From an uncultured bacterium (GTDB taxonomy: Bacteria; Krumholzibacteriota; Krumholzibacteriia; Krumholzibacteriales; Krumholzibacteriaceae), in the NCBI GenBank assembly GCA_963813815.1, contig CAWFAD010000012.1, forward strand, positions 185,421 to 249,420: a DNA stretch of 64,000 nt. Direction: 5' to 3'. The notes beneath the pieces were generated by a model. That model was not told the DNA's origin and searched no databases. It saw only the letters and a program-made list of their open reading frames with translations. Made by a program: the position numbers and the translations under genes. Positions 31,554-39,489 of this stretch are shown here, in pieces (position 1 is the first letter of the stretch; each line of letters begins with the position of its first letter).

Positions 31554-32516
31554 CTACTCGGTGGTTCGTTGTGCGGACTCATCGTCCCGTGTCCATGCTA
31601 CCCTCTCAACGATGGGGGGAATCGCTGACCTCTCGGCCAAGCTCGTTGTGCTCGCTGTCGGGCCGGGCATCGCGGTCCTCGACGATGACGAAACATCTAT
31701 CTCCGTACCGCTGCCCGGCGCGGCCGGAGCGAGGTCGCGGTTTTCGGGGTCGATCTGATACGCCCACAGGAAGGTGACGTAGTCCCCGTTGACCGCCGTG
31801 ACATACAGCTTCGCGTAATGGTAACCGTCCGTCTCGAGGAGCCGCACGATGTAGCAGTGATCGACGATCGCCTCGACCGTGCGGGAGGGGGACCAGCCAT
31901 CGAGCGGAGCGTAGTTGATCACATCGAAGTCGGTGACGTATCCGTAATCCTGCAGCTCCACGTTGGCCCGCCACGCCTCGATGATGGCGATCTCCGGCGT
32001 GCCGAAGAAGAAGATATCCGTCGTCGAAAGGTTGTACCGCTGCGGGGCGTTGCTGAGGCTCGAGAGATCGTATCCGGCGGTCTCCGGAAAAGTCTCATAA
32101 TCATCGAGAGCGAGTATGCCCTCCGGGCGCGGCGTCGCGGTGACCTCTTCGTAGCTGAGCTCGCTCTCGAGCCCGCCGGTGTCGAACGCCGTCACCGCGT
32201 AGTAGTACTGCTCTCCATTCGGCCTGATATCCTCGAAGCAGAACTCGATCTCGGTCGATTCCTCGACCAGCACGGTGCCGATATGGACGTATTCGCCGTA
32301 GAAATCCACGCCGCGGTAAACGTCGTAACCTTCGACATCGTCCTCGTAGTTCGCGAGCCAGCAGATGAGCGCCGATCCGTCGAGATTCACGGAGTAGACG
32401 TTGCGGGGCGCGGAAGGAGGGCAATCGGCCGGAACGGGCACGATCACGCGCTCCTTCTCACCGCAGGAGATGAGAAGAAGCGTCAGCACCGTTATGATCG
32501 CCGTCAATCTGTTCAT
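31554..32516 (-). CDS. Lipoprotein with fibronectin type III domain
   Basis: Lipobox LIS-C; PPSAPRN..W..GYDVYR..YYYAVTAFD..ESELS; GGAGGA RBS. Confidence 0.85.
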   Translation of the reverse strand: MNRLTAIITVLTLLLISCGEKERVIVPVPADCPPSAPRNVYSVNLDGSALICWLANYEDDVEGYDVYRGVDFYGEYVHIGTVLVEESTEIEFCFEDIRPNGEQYYYAVTAFDTGGLESELSYEEVTATPRPEGILALDDYETFPETAGYDLSSLSNAPQRYNLSTTDIFFFGTPEIAIIEAWRANVELQDYGYVTDFDVINYAPLDGWSPSRTVEAIVDHCYIVRLLETDGYHYAKLYVTAVNGDYVTFLWAYQIDPENRDLAPAAPGSGTEIDVSSSSRTAMPGPTASTTSLAERSAIPPIVERVAWTRDDESAQRTTE

Positions 32517-32543
32517 TTCATCGCTCCTCCGCGCTCGTATATC

Positions 32544-32558
32544 GCAATCGATGTGCCA
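32544..32558 (-). promoter_or_regulatory. sigma54 (-24/-12) promoter
   Basis: Perfect consensus TGGCAC-ATCGA-TTGC just upstream of the RBS and ATG at 32516. Confidence 0.85.
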
Positions 32559-32788
32559 TGTGTCGAAGAAGAGGCGAAAACGGCCGCCGAGGGCAGCTCC
32601 GCGGCAGCCAACGGGAGTGATTTGAACGAATTGCGGCGTGTGAAATTTATTCGCCGAGGCCGCGGAGACGGCGCCGTGCCTCCGGCGATGACCCGTATCC
32701 TGTCGTCGGAACTCTACAGAGATGTCCTCATCGATGGACAGAACCGATTATGGGGAACGACGAATCTCGCGGGGGGCGAAAAAGAATA

Positions 32789-32879
32789 GTCAGAGGCATA
32801 AGGTGTGAGCACCGGAGGGGATGTCCATACTCACGTTCCTTAGGATCTCGCCAATCCAAAAGTTACTTATGCCCCTGAC
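32789..32879 (-). ncRNA. Candidate ~90-100 nt three-way-junction small RNA
   Basis: P1 GUCAGGGGCAUAAG/CUUAUGCCUCUGAC (14 bp); P2 GGAUU-GGCGA-GAUCC; P3 GUGAGUA-UGGA..UCCG-G-UGCUCAC. G-U pairs work only on the minus strand; own promoter; followed by UAUUCUUUUU. Confidence 0.65.
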
Positions 32880-32886
32880 GGAGACG

Positions 32887-32916
32887 ATGCTATGAGAGAA
32901 GGGATTTGAGAGTCAA
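32887..32916 (-). promoter_or_regulatory. sigma70-type promoter for the candidate sRNA
   Basis: TTGACT-N18-TAGCAT; predicted TSS coincides with the 5' end of P1. Confidence 0.6.
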
Positions 32917-32963
32917 GCAAATTTTCGCGGCGCCCGAGAGGTACCGCCTGGCGCCGAGCGCCT

Positions 32964-33106
32964 AAAAATCAAGCGGAGAGAAACCTCCCGCTTCTTGTCC
33001 TAGAGACCCCACCTTTTCCCCTTCTAGCTCCAGGAGAACCTAGCTTGACAAGAAGCCTTTGATCTCTCTCCGCTTTGCCGATCCCCTTCGCCAACCGATA
33101 CCTGAA
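32964..33106 (-). ncRNA. Candidate ~140 nt sigma54-dependent hairpin small RNA
   Basis: Long interrupted hairpin 33075-32971 (AAGCGGAGAGA/UCUCUCCGCUU; GCUUCUUGUC/GACAAGAAGC; CUAG/CUAG) ending in GAUUUUU; upstream -24/-12 motif. Confidence 0.6.
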
Positions 33107-33117
33107 CAGGTGAATAG

Positions 33118-33132
33118 GCATGGGGCGTACCA
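33118..33132 (-). promoter_or_regulatory. Candidate sigma54 (-24/-12) promoter
   Basis: TGGTAC-GCCCC-ATGC (GG-N10-GC), with an AT-rich, IHF-site-like tract at ~33163-33190. Confidence 0.6.
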
Positions 33133-33248
33133 AATGCGTCCAGAAGGTCAAATTGCGCGTGAAATTTAACTTATTATATTACAACAAGATGCGGCGCACC
33201 TCGCCGGGGCGCCCGCGACCCGGACCACGCCATTTCGCCGCGTGGAGC

Positions 33249-33320
33249 AAGAAGCTTGATATTTTTGGGATCGTCCCCGTATCCCATTATTTATAATGCC
33301 GTTAACCTATCAAGCATCTT
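33249..33320. promoter_or_regulatory. Inverted repeat pair, candidate enhancer (UAS) for the sigma54 activator
   Basis: AAGAAGCTTGATA (33249-33261) and TATCAAGCATCTT (33308-33320) are reverse complements at 12/13 positions. Confidence 0.45.
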
Positions 33321-33384
33321 TATAGCGTTTGTATACCACTTGAATAAATCGTACTGGCGGACCACGGGGGGGATTTGAACGCTA

Positions 33385-36300
33385 TCAGTAACCGTCCGCG
33401 ATCCTGAGGTCGCGGATCTTCTTGAGGAGAGTCGGGTAGCTGATGCCGAGCTCGCCGGAGGCGACGCTGCGGTTCCAGCCGTTGCGGATGAGACACTCGG
33501 ATATCACGCGCTTCTCGAGGTCCTTCACGCGGTCGGGCAGCGAAAGGCGATGCCGCTGCATCGTCGAATGCTCGCCCTCGTCGAAATCGATCGCCTCGGC
33601 CGTGATGATCCCCTCATCGTCGGTGATGATCACGGAGCGTTTCACGATTTTTTCGAGCTCGCGAACGTTCCCCGGCCACTCGTAAGCGGCCAGCAGGGCC
33701 AGCGCATCCTCCGCGAAACCGCGCACGTGCTTCTGCATCCGGTCGCCGAAGACCTTGAGGTAATACTCCGCGAGCAGGTGGATATCCTCGATCCGCTCCC
33801 GCAGCGGCGGAATCGTGATCGGAAAATCGTTGATCCGGTAATAGAGATCCTCGAGCATCGCGCCGTCCTTGACCATCGTCATGAGATCGCACTTCGACGC
33901 GAAAACGAGCCGGACGTTCACGGGGAGCATATCGTTTCCCCCCACGGGACGCACCTTCATGGTATCGAGAAACTGCAGCAACTTGCCCTGGAACACGACC
34001 GACGTCTTGGAGATCTCGTCGAGGAACACCGTGCCCCCGTCCGCTTCCGCGATCAGGCCCTTTTTGTCGCAGATGGCGCCGGTGAAGGAGCCCTTCACGT
34101 GGCCGAAAAGCTCGCTCTCGAGAATCGTCTCGGGGAGCGCCGCGCAGTTCACGTGGACGAATTTGCGCTCGCGCCGCGGGCTCATCGCATGGATGGCCTG
34201 GGCGACGAGCCCCTTCCCCGTTCCGGTCTCGCCCATGAGCAGCACCGTCACGTCGGATTGCGCGACCTTCCCCGCGAGGTTGAGCACGCGGAGCATCCTG
34301 TCGTTGCGCGTTATGACGTGGCGGAAATCGCCGATCCTCTTCCCCGGCTCATCCTTCGCCGCGGGAGACTGCACCGCGCTCCCCTGAACGAGGAAATCGA
34401 TGAACGAGGCGTACGAGGCGACGACGTCCGGAACCTGACCGATGCGCGGAGGCAGGCTGCCGTCGGCGTCCGACTGGAAGAACAGAAGCCCGAACGGCTC
34501 GCGGTCGCGGCAGAGCGGGTGGACATAGATCGGCCCGCCGCTGCCCGGAAGCTCGTCGCGGATCGCGGCCGTGCGCCGGTCGCGGAGCACGTCCGTGAGG
34601 AGCGCGCTGGAGGCGCAATCGGCGTCATCCCTGTCGAGGAACCATTCGGTGATCCGGCGGGCGGACTGCTCCGGAACGTCCCGTCTGGCGAGCACCGTCA
34701 CCTTGCGGCCGCCGGCGCCGCCCGCGAAGAGCGCGACGAAGCCGTACCGGAAGGTGATCTTTCCCATGAGATCGCCGAGGAGATAGTCGAGCACCGTGAT
34801 GAGGTGCGGATGTTTGGCGAGCATGCCGGACGTCTCAGCGGAGATCCCGGCCCCCGCCGCGGGCGAAGAGAGGTCTCCGGCGACCTCTTCCTCGATGCTC
34901 CGGCGCATCCTCCGCGCGCGGCGCAGCAGGTTGCGGTCGCGCAGGTCCTCCGCGATGCGCTGCGCCTCGTAGAGGTGCAGGAGGCATTCGTCCCGGTTCT
35001 TCATCTCGCGCTCGACGCGCGCCATGAGGAGATGGCTCTCCACGAGATCGCGGAACTCGTCCGTCCTCTCGAAATAGTCGAGCGTTCCGAGAACGAGCTT
35101 GCGGGCGCGATGGAACGAGTCCGTTCCGGCCTTCGTGACGAGGTGCTCGGCGAAGAGCAGGGCCGTCCGGTGCTCCTCGTACAGATTGTTCGAGTCGTGG
35201 AAGATCCTCATGCCGTCGGCGATGCGACGCTCCGATTCGTCGGAGTTGCCGAGCATCGCGTGGGCGAGAGCGACGGTCCTCTGGATATAGCCGATCTCGT
35301 GCGCTTCCCCGCACTTGCGGGCTACCTCGAGCGCGCGGGTGCCGACCGCGACCGCTTCCTCCGCCTTGCGCTGCCTGAGGAAGATCTCCGTCTCGCGCCG
35401 GAGCACCTCCGCGACGATGTCCCCCTCGGCGGATATCTTCTTTCCGCGCGCGAGCGCGGTCGAGTAGTTCTGAAGCGCTCCATCGAGGTCGCCTCTCGCC
35501 GCCATGAGATCGCCGAGATACTCGTCGGCGAGCGCTATCTCCCGCCCGAACCCGCGCCGCTCGGCGAGAACGCGCGCCTCGAGCAAATGCTTCTCGGACG
35601 CCGCGAACTCTCCGGTCCTCGCCTGGGTGACGCCGAGCTCGAGCGTGCTCCGCACGTAGAGAAGCTCGTTCCCCGCGAGATGACTCATCTTTCGCGCGCT
35701 CGCGAAAGCGCTCTCCGCGCTCGCGAAGTCCCGCGACTTGAGGTGCGTGATGCCGAGGTTGAGCGTCACGCGCGCCCGGTGCTGGCCGAGACCCATCTTC
35801 TCGCACAGCTCGAGCGCGCGGCCGAAGAAATGGATCGATCTCTGGAAACGGCACGCATCCTTGTGGAAAATTCCGAGGTTGTTGAGCACGTGGGCCTCGC
35901 CCACGAGATCCTCGATCCGCCGGTATGAGGCGAGCGCGTCGAGAAAATATTGCTCGGCCTCGTCGCGCTTCCCGAGCCGGTGATGGCAAACCGCCAGCAA
36001 CACCTGCACCCGGCCGACCTCGCGATGCTCGTCGGAGGTGCGGAGCAGGCGGTACGCCGTGAACGCCTCCTGAAGCGCCTTGTCGACCGCGCCCCGCTCG
36101 CGGAGAATGATGCCCCGCAGGTGCGCGAGCGTGCCCTTGCCGAACGAGTCGTTCTCGTCGCAGTTGGCCTCGGCGCTCTTGAGATACGTGGCGGCCTCGT
36201 GCAGCAGCCCCTTTTCGATGTAGGACGCGCTGATTTTGCGGTAGATCCGCAGCAGATCGGCCGGCTGCGGGGCGGCGTGTATTTTCTGGAGGGCCTTCTC

Positions 36301-36444
36301 GTAATACTCGAGCGCCACGGAGAAGTTCTCCGTGGAAAAATGCATGTCTCCGAGCTCTTCCTCGGAGCCTATCGCATTGTACTTCGGCCCGGACTTCTTC
36401 TTTTCGTATTCGAACTCGTCCTTGCCGCGGGAATCGTCAGGCAT
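33385..36444 (-). CDS. TPR-repeat sigma54-dependent transcriptional activator (TPR array - GAF-like - AAA+ - Fis HTH)
   Basis: About 520 aa of TPR-like helices; GETGTGKG, NCAALPETILESELFGHVKGSFTGA, FLDEI, DLYYRIN, WPGNVRELE; C-terminal HTH (NRSVASGELGISYPTL). Confidence 0.92.
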   Translation of the reverse strand: MPDDSRGKDEFEYEKKKSGPKYNAIGSEEELGDMHFSTENFSVALEYYEKALQKIHAAPQPADLLRIYRKISASYIEKGLLHEAATYLKSAEANCDENDSFGKGTLAHLRGIILRERGAVDKALQEAFTAYRLLRTSDEHREVGRVQVLLAVCHHRLGKRDEAEQYFLDALASYRRIEDLVGEAHVLNNLGIFHKDACRFQRSIHFFGRALELCEKMGLGQHRARVTLNLGITHLKSRDFASAESAFASARKMSHLAGNELLYVRSTLELGVTQARTGEFAASEKHLLEARVLAERRGFGREIALADEYLGDLMAARGDLDGALQNYSTALARGKKISAEGDIVAEVLRRETEIFLRQRKAEEAVAVGTRALEVARKCGEAHEIGYIQRTVALAHAMLGNSDESERRIADGMRIFHDSNNLYEEHRTALLFAEHLVTKAGTDSFHRARKLVLGTLDYFERTDEFRDLVESHLLMARVEREMKNRDECLLHLYEAQRIAEDLRDRNLLRRARRMRRSIEEEVAGDLSSPAAGAGISAETSGMLAKHPHLITVLDYLLGDLMGKITFRYGFVALFAGGAGGRKVTVLARRDVPEQSARRITEWFLDRDDADCASSALLTDVLRDRRTAAIRDELPGSGGPIYVHPLCRDREPFGLLFFQSDADGSLPPRIGQVPDVVASYASFIDFLVQGSAVQSPAAKDEPGKRIGDFRHVITRNDRMLRVLNLAGKVAQSDVTVLLMGETGTGKGLVAQAIHAMSPRRERKFVHVNCAALPETILESELFGHVKGSFTGAICDKKGLIAEADGGTVFLDEISKTSVVFQGKLLQFLDTMKVRPVGGNDMLPVNVRLVFASKCDLMTMVKDGAMLEDLYYRINDFPITIPPLRERIEDIHLLAEYYLKVFGDRMQKHVRGFAEDALALLAAYEWPGNVRELEKIVKRSVIITDDEGIITAEAIDFDEGEHSTMQRHRLSLPDRVKDLEKRVISECLIRNGWNRSVASGELGISYPTLLKKIRDLRIADGY

Positions 36445-36517
36445 CGGTTACTCCCAAAGGCAAAAGGTCGGCGATTCATCGTTTCCCGGACGAGAAAATC
36501 TCTCTGTGCTCTCGCAT

Positions 36518-36871
36518 TCAGTTCCTGTCGAGGCGCGGTTTCGAACCGATCCTTTCCAGGCTGCTATCCGCGCAATCGATGATGGTCGTCAGCGTAGAAC
36601 CCGGATTCGCGATTCCGTCCCCGGTTATTCTGCCGTTGCCGAAATCATCAGCATCGCCGCCGAGGATGCAATCCGATCCATCGTCCGACACCGGAATCTC
36701 GCCCTCGGTCATGAAGAAAAACGATCCGCAGAAGGGGAACGCGGTCGTCCGGATGAGGGCGGCGATCGACTGGATACGGAGCTCGAACGATGAACGTGCG
36801 GCAGAGACATCCGAGGAGGCGAAGATGGTGAGAACCAGTAGCGCAGAGAGGAGTGCCATGAGCCGTCTCAT
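36518..36871 (-). CDS. Small secreted protein (117 aa) with Gly/Asp-rich core; candidate signal-peptide precursor
   Basis: GAAGGAG RBS; Sec signal MRRLMALLSALLVLTIFASSDVSA; DDGSDCILGGDADDFGNG core; 73 bp upstream of the TPR activator. Confidence 0.7.
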   Translation of the reverse strand: MRRLMALLSALLVLTIFASSDVSAARSSFELRIQSIAALIRTTAFPFCGSFFFMTEGEIPVSDDGSDCILGGDADDFGNGRITGDGIANPGSTLTTIIDCADSSLERIGSKPRLDRN

Positions 36872-36941
36872 ACTACCATCTCCTTCTAACCTGGAGCCTT
36901 GCGGCCCCCCCCCACACACTCAACCCAAACCTTCACTATCA

Positions 36942-36970
36942 ATAATAATATCCCTCGCTCCCCCCGTCAA
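36942..36970 (-). promoter_or_regulatory. sigma70-type promoter for the precursor + TPR activator operon
   Basis: TTGACG-N17-TATTAT. Confidence 0.65.
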
Positions 36971-36990
36971 ATAATTCTTTTGAAACTACA

Positions 36991-37016
36991 ATAGAAAATC
37001 GGCATTTAGCCGATTT
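36991..37016 (-). terminator. Probable terminator after the NtrX-like gene
   Basis: AAATCGGC/GCCGATTT stem running into a T-rich tail on the minus strand. Confidence 0.45.
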
Positions 37017-37063
37017 ATCGGAAATTTTATTCTATAGGTTCTTCCACCCATCGCGGGGCGGCG

Positions 37064-38455
37064 TTACGGGGAATCTATCGAATCGCCGCCTCCCGCTTCC
37101 TTGCGGAACTCGATCCCGTACTTTTCGAGCTTTTTGTAGAGGTTGCTCCGCTGCATGTCGAGCTGCCGGGCCGTTCGCGAGACGTTGCCGTTGTTCTCCC
37201 GGAGCTTCTTGAGGAGGTATTCCTTTTCCATGAAATCCTTGAACTCCTGATAGGTCTGGAGTCCGAAGGGATCCTTGCGCGCGTCCTCCTCGCGAGTGAG
37301 GGCGAGCGCGGGAAGATCGTCGCGCCGGATCGTCTCGCCGCTCGTGAGGATGCAGAGGCGCTCGATGAGGTTGCGCAGCTCGCGCACGTTACCCGGCCAC
37401 GCGTAGGTCATGAGCGCGTCGAGGGCGTCCGGGGCGAGCTTTTTCGCCGAGCGGCCGAGCTCTCCCGCGACCTGCCGCAGAAAGTACTCGGCGAGCATTT
37501 TGATATCGGATTTGCGCTCGCGAAGCGGCGGAATGCGGATGGGGACGACGTTCAGCCGGTAGAACAAATCTTCCCGGAACCTTCCCTTCCCCGCCTCCTC
37601 GAGCAGGCTCTTGTTCGACGCGGCGAGCACCCGCACGTCGACCCTTTTCGTCTCCGCCGCGCCCACCCGCTCGAAGGCCGACTCCTGGAGAACGCGCAGC
37701 ACCTTCGCCTGCGCCGAAAGGCTCATGTCCCCCACCTCGTCGAGAAAGAGCGTGCCCCCGTCGGCGAGCTCGAACTTGCCGATCCGCTGGGAAACGGCCC
37801 CCGTGAAAGACCCCTTCTCGTGGCCGAAAAGCTCGCTTTCTATGAGGTCTTCGGGGATCGCGGCGCAGTTCACCTCGATGAAGGGCTCGTCCACCCTCTT
37901 GGAGAGCTCGTGCAGCTTGCGGGCGACGAGCTCCTTGCCCGTGCCGTTCTCTCCCGTGATGAGCACGCGGGCGTTCGTCGGCGCCACCCGGCTCACCGTC
38001 TCCATGATGGCGAGCATTTCGCGATGCACTCCGATGATCTCGGTCTTGAGTCCGACGCGCTGCTCGAGCTGGACGTTCCGGCGGGCGAGATCCGCTTGCG
38101 CGAGTCCATTTCGTATGGTGAGGAGCAGGCGCTCCATGTCGATCGGCTTTTCGAGAAAATCGAACGCCCCGAGCTTCGTCGCCTCGACCGCCGTGCCGAT
38201 CGTGCCGTGTCCCGAGATGATGATGACGGGGAGGGAAGGGTGCCGCTCCCTGAGGGATCCGAGCACCTCGAGGCCGTCCATGCCCGGCATCTTTATATCG
38301 AGGAGAACGATATCGACCCGCTCGCTCGCCGCGAGATCGAGGGCGGCGCGGCCGTCGGCGGCGGAGAAGGTCTTGAATTTCTCGAACGAGAGAAGCCTCT
38401 CGAGCGAGCTTCTGATGCTTTCTTCGTCGTCGACGATGAGAACGCGTTTGCTCAT
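37064..38455 (-). CDS. NtrC/NtrX-family sigma54-dependent response regulator (REC-AAA+-HTH)
   Basis: VLIVDDE, LLDIKMPGMDG, GENGTGKE, ESELFGHEKGSFTGA, WPGNVREL, HTH. Confidence 0.93.
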   Translation of the reverse strand: MSKRVLIVDDEESIRSSLERLLSFEKFKTFSAADGRAALDLAASERVDIVLLDIKMPGMDGLEVLGSLRERHPSLPVIIISGHGTIGTAVEATKLGAFDFLEKPIDMERLLLTIRNGLAQADLARRNVQLEQRVGLKTEIIGVHREMLAIMETVSRVAPTNARVLITGENGTGKELVARKLHELSKRVDEPFIEVNCAAIPEDLIESELFGHEKGSFTGAVSQRIGKFELADGGTLFLDEVGDMSLSAQAKVLRVLQESAFERVGAAETKRVDVRVLAASNKSLLEEAGKGRFREDLFYRLNVVPIRIPPLRERKSDIKMLAEYFLRQVAGELGRSAKKLAPDALDALMTYAWPGNVRELRNLIERLCILTSGETIRRDDLPALALTREEDARKDPFGLQTYQEFKDFMEKEYLLKKLRENNGNVSRTARQLDMQRSNLYKKLEKYGIEFRKEAGGGDSIDSP

Positions 38456-39459
38456 CCGCCAGCGCCCCCTCCCGAGAGCACCATGCCCCAGCGCAGATCC
38501 CGTTTGGTCACGCCGAACTCGCGCGCGCCGAGCGCGCGGAGCAACGATTCCGCGAGCATGACCCCCGCGGGGAGAAGCCGCACGCGCGCGGCGTCGAAAG
38601 GCAGGGACCGTTCATCTCCCGAGCGAAGGATACCCGCGAGCCGCAACCGCACCCCCGCGAGCTCCTCGAGGGTCATCGATTCGGTCTCCTCGAAGCCCGG
38701 CGCGAGGCCTCGCATGAGGCGCCGCATCGCGGCGAGCGAGACCGCCGTTCCGCCCGTAACGAGCATTGTAGTGTCTCCAGCGAGCGGCGGCAAGGGATAA
38801 ACGCCCGACCCCGGAGCGGGTTTGCTCGAGTCGTAGCTCTCGAGCGCGTCGGCGACGCGCGAGCGCTCGTCCCCCCCGGCGCCGGATAGGCCGAGCGCCG
38901 CGTCCACGCGGTGCGTGCCGGTGGCGATCCCCGTGAAGCCGTCCATCGACGCTCCCCGCCCCCACGACACCTCGGTGCTCGTGCCGCCGATGTCGACGAG
39001 GCAGAGCCCACCCCGGCGCTTCGCGAAGAAGGCCGCGCCCGCGAACCCGAAAGAGGCCTCCTCGCGCTGCGAGAGAACGCGAACCTTCATGCCCGTCGCG
39101 TCCTCTATCGCGCGAACGATCTCGGGCGCGTTGCGCGCCTCGCGCAGCGTATTCGTCGCGACGAGGAGCGGGACCGGGCACCGGGCGCCGCGCGAGATAT
39201 CCACGAGCTCCGCGAGCGCCCCGAGCGCGCGCGACAGCGTCCGGGCTCCGATCGCCCCCTCCGCCACGAGATCCGCTCCCCAGCCGGCGTAGCGTCGCTC
39301 GTCGCGAACGGAGCGCGGGACGAGCTTCGCGCCTTCGAGAGGGCTCCCCCCGGGAAACGCCGCCTCGACGACGAGCAGACGGAAGTAGCTGCTCCCGAGG
39401 TCGCAGCAGCCCCGGATCTCGATTTTTCGGTGTTGTGGTTCGGCGCTTTTCCGTATCAT
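38452..39459 (-). CDS. Ppx/GppA family phosphatase (short form)
   Basis: DLGSSYFRLLV, ATNTLREARN, LSQREEA, DIGGTSTE, DLRWG; stop overlaps the start of the regulator. Confidence 0.85.
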   Translation of the reverse strand: MIRKSAEPQHRKIEIRGCCDLGSSYFRLLVVEAAFPGGSPLEGAKLVPRSVRDERRYAGWGADLVAEGAIGARTLSRALGALAELVDISRGARCPVPLLVATNTLREARNAPEIVRAIEDATGMKVRVLSQREEASFGFAGAAFFAKRRGGLCLVDIGGTSTEVSWGRGASMDGFTGIATGTHRVDAALGLSGAGGDERSRVADALESYDSSKPAPGSGVYPLPPLAGDTTMLVTGGTAVSLAAMRRLMRGLAPGFEETESMTLEELAGVRLRLAGILRSGDERSLPFDAARVRLLPAGVMLAESLLRALGAREFGVTKRDLRWGMVLSGGGAGG

Positions 39460-39489
39460 GTCCGCATCGCGCCGGGAGGCGCGCAGAGA

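Noticed and set aside
32789..33075. Assignment of the structured segments as 6S RNA, SRP RNA, tRNA-Sec or hammerhead ribozyme
   Set aside because: Too short for 6S; no SRP CAGG..GGAA..AGCA core, no T-arm or CCA, no CUGAUGA/GAAA core. An Rfam scan is still needed.
32969..33151. 60-aa ORF MTFWTHL...
   Set aside because: No RBS; it spans the sigma54 promoter and a strong hairpin, so an RNA reading fits better.
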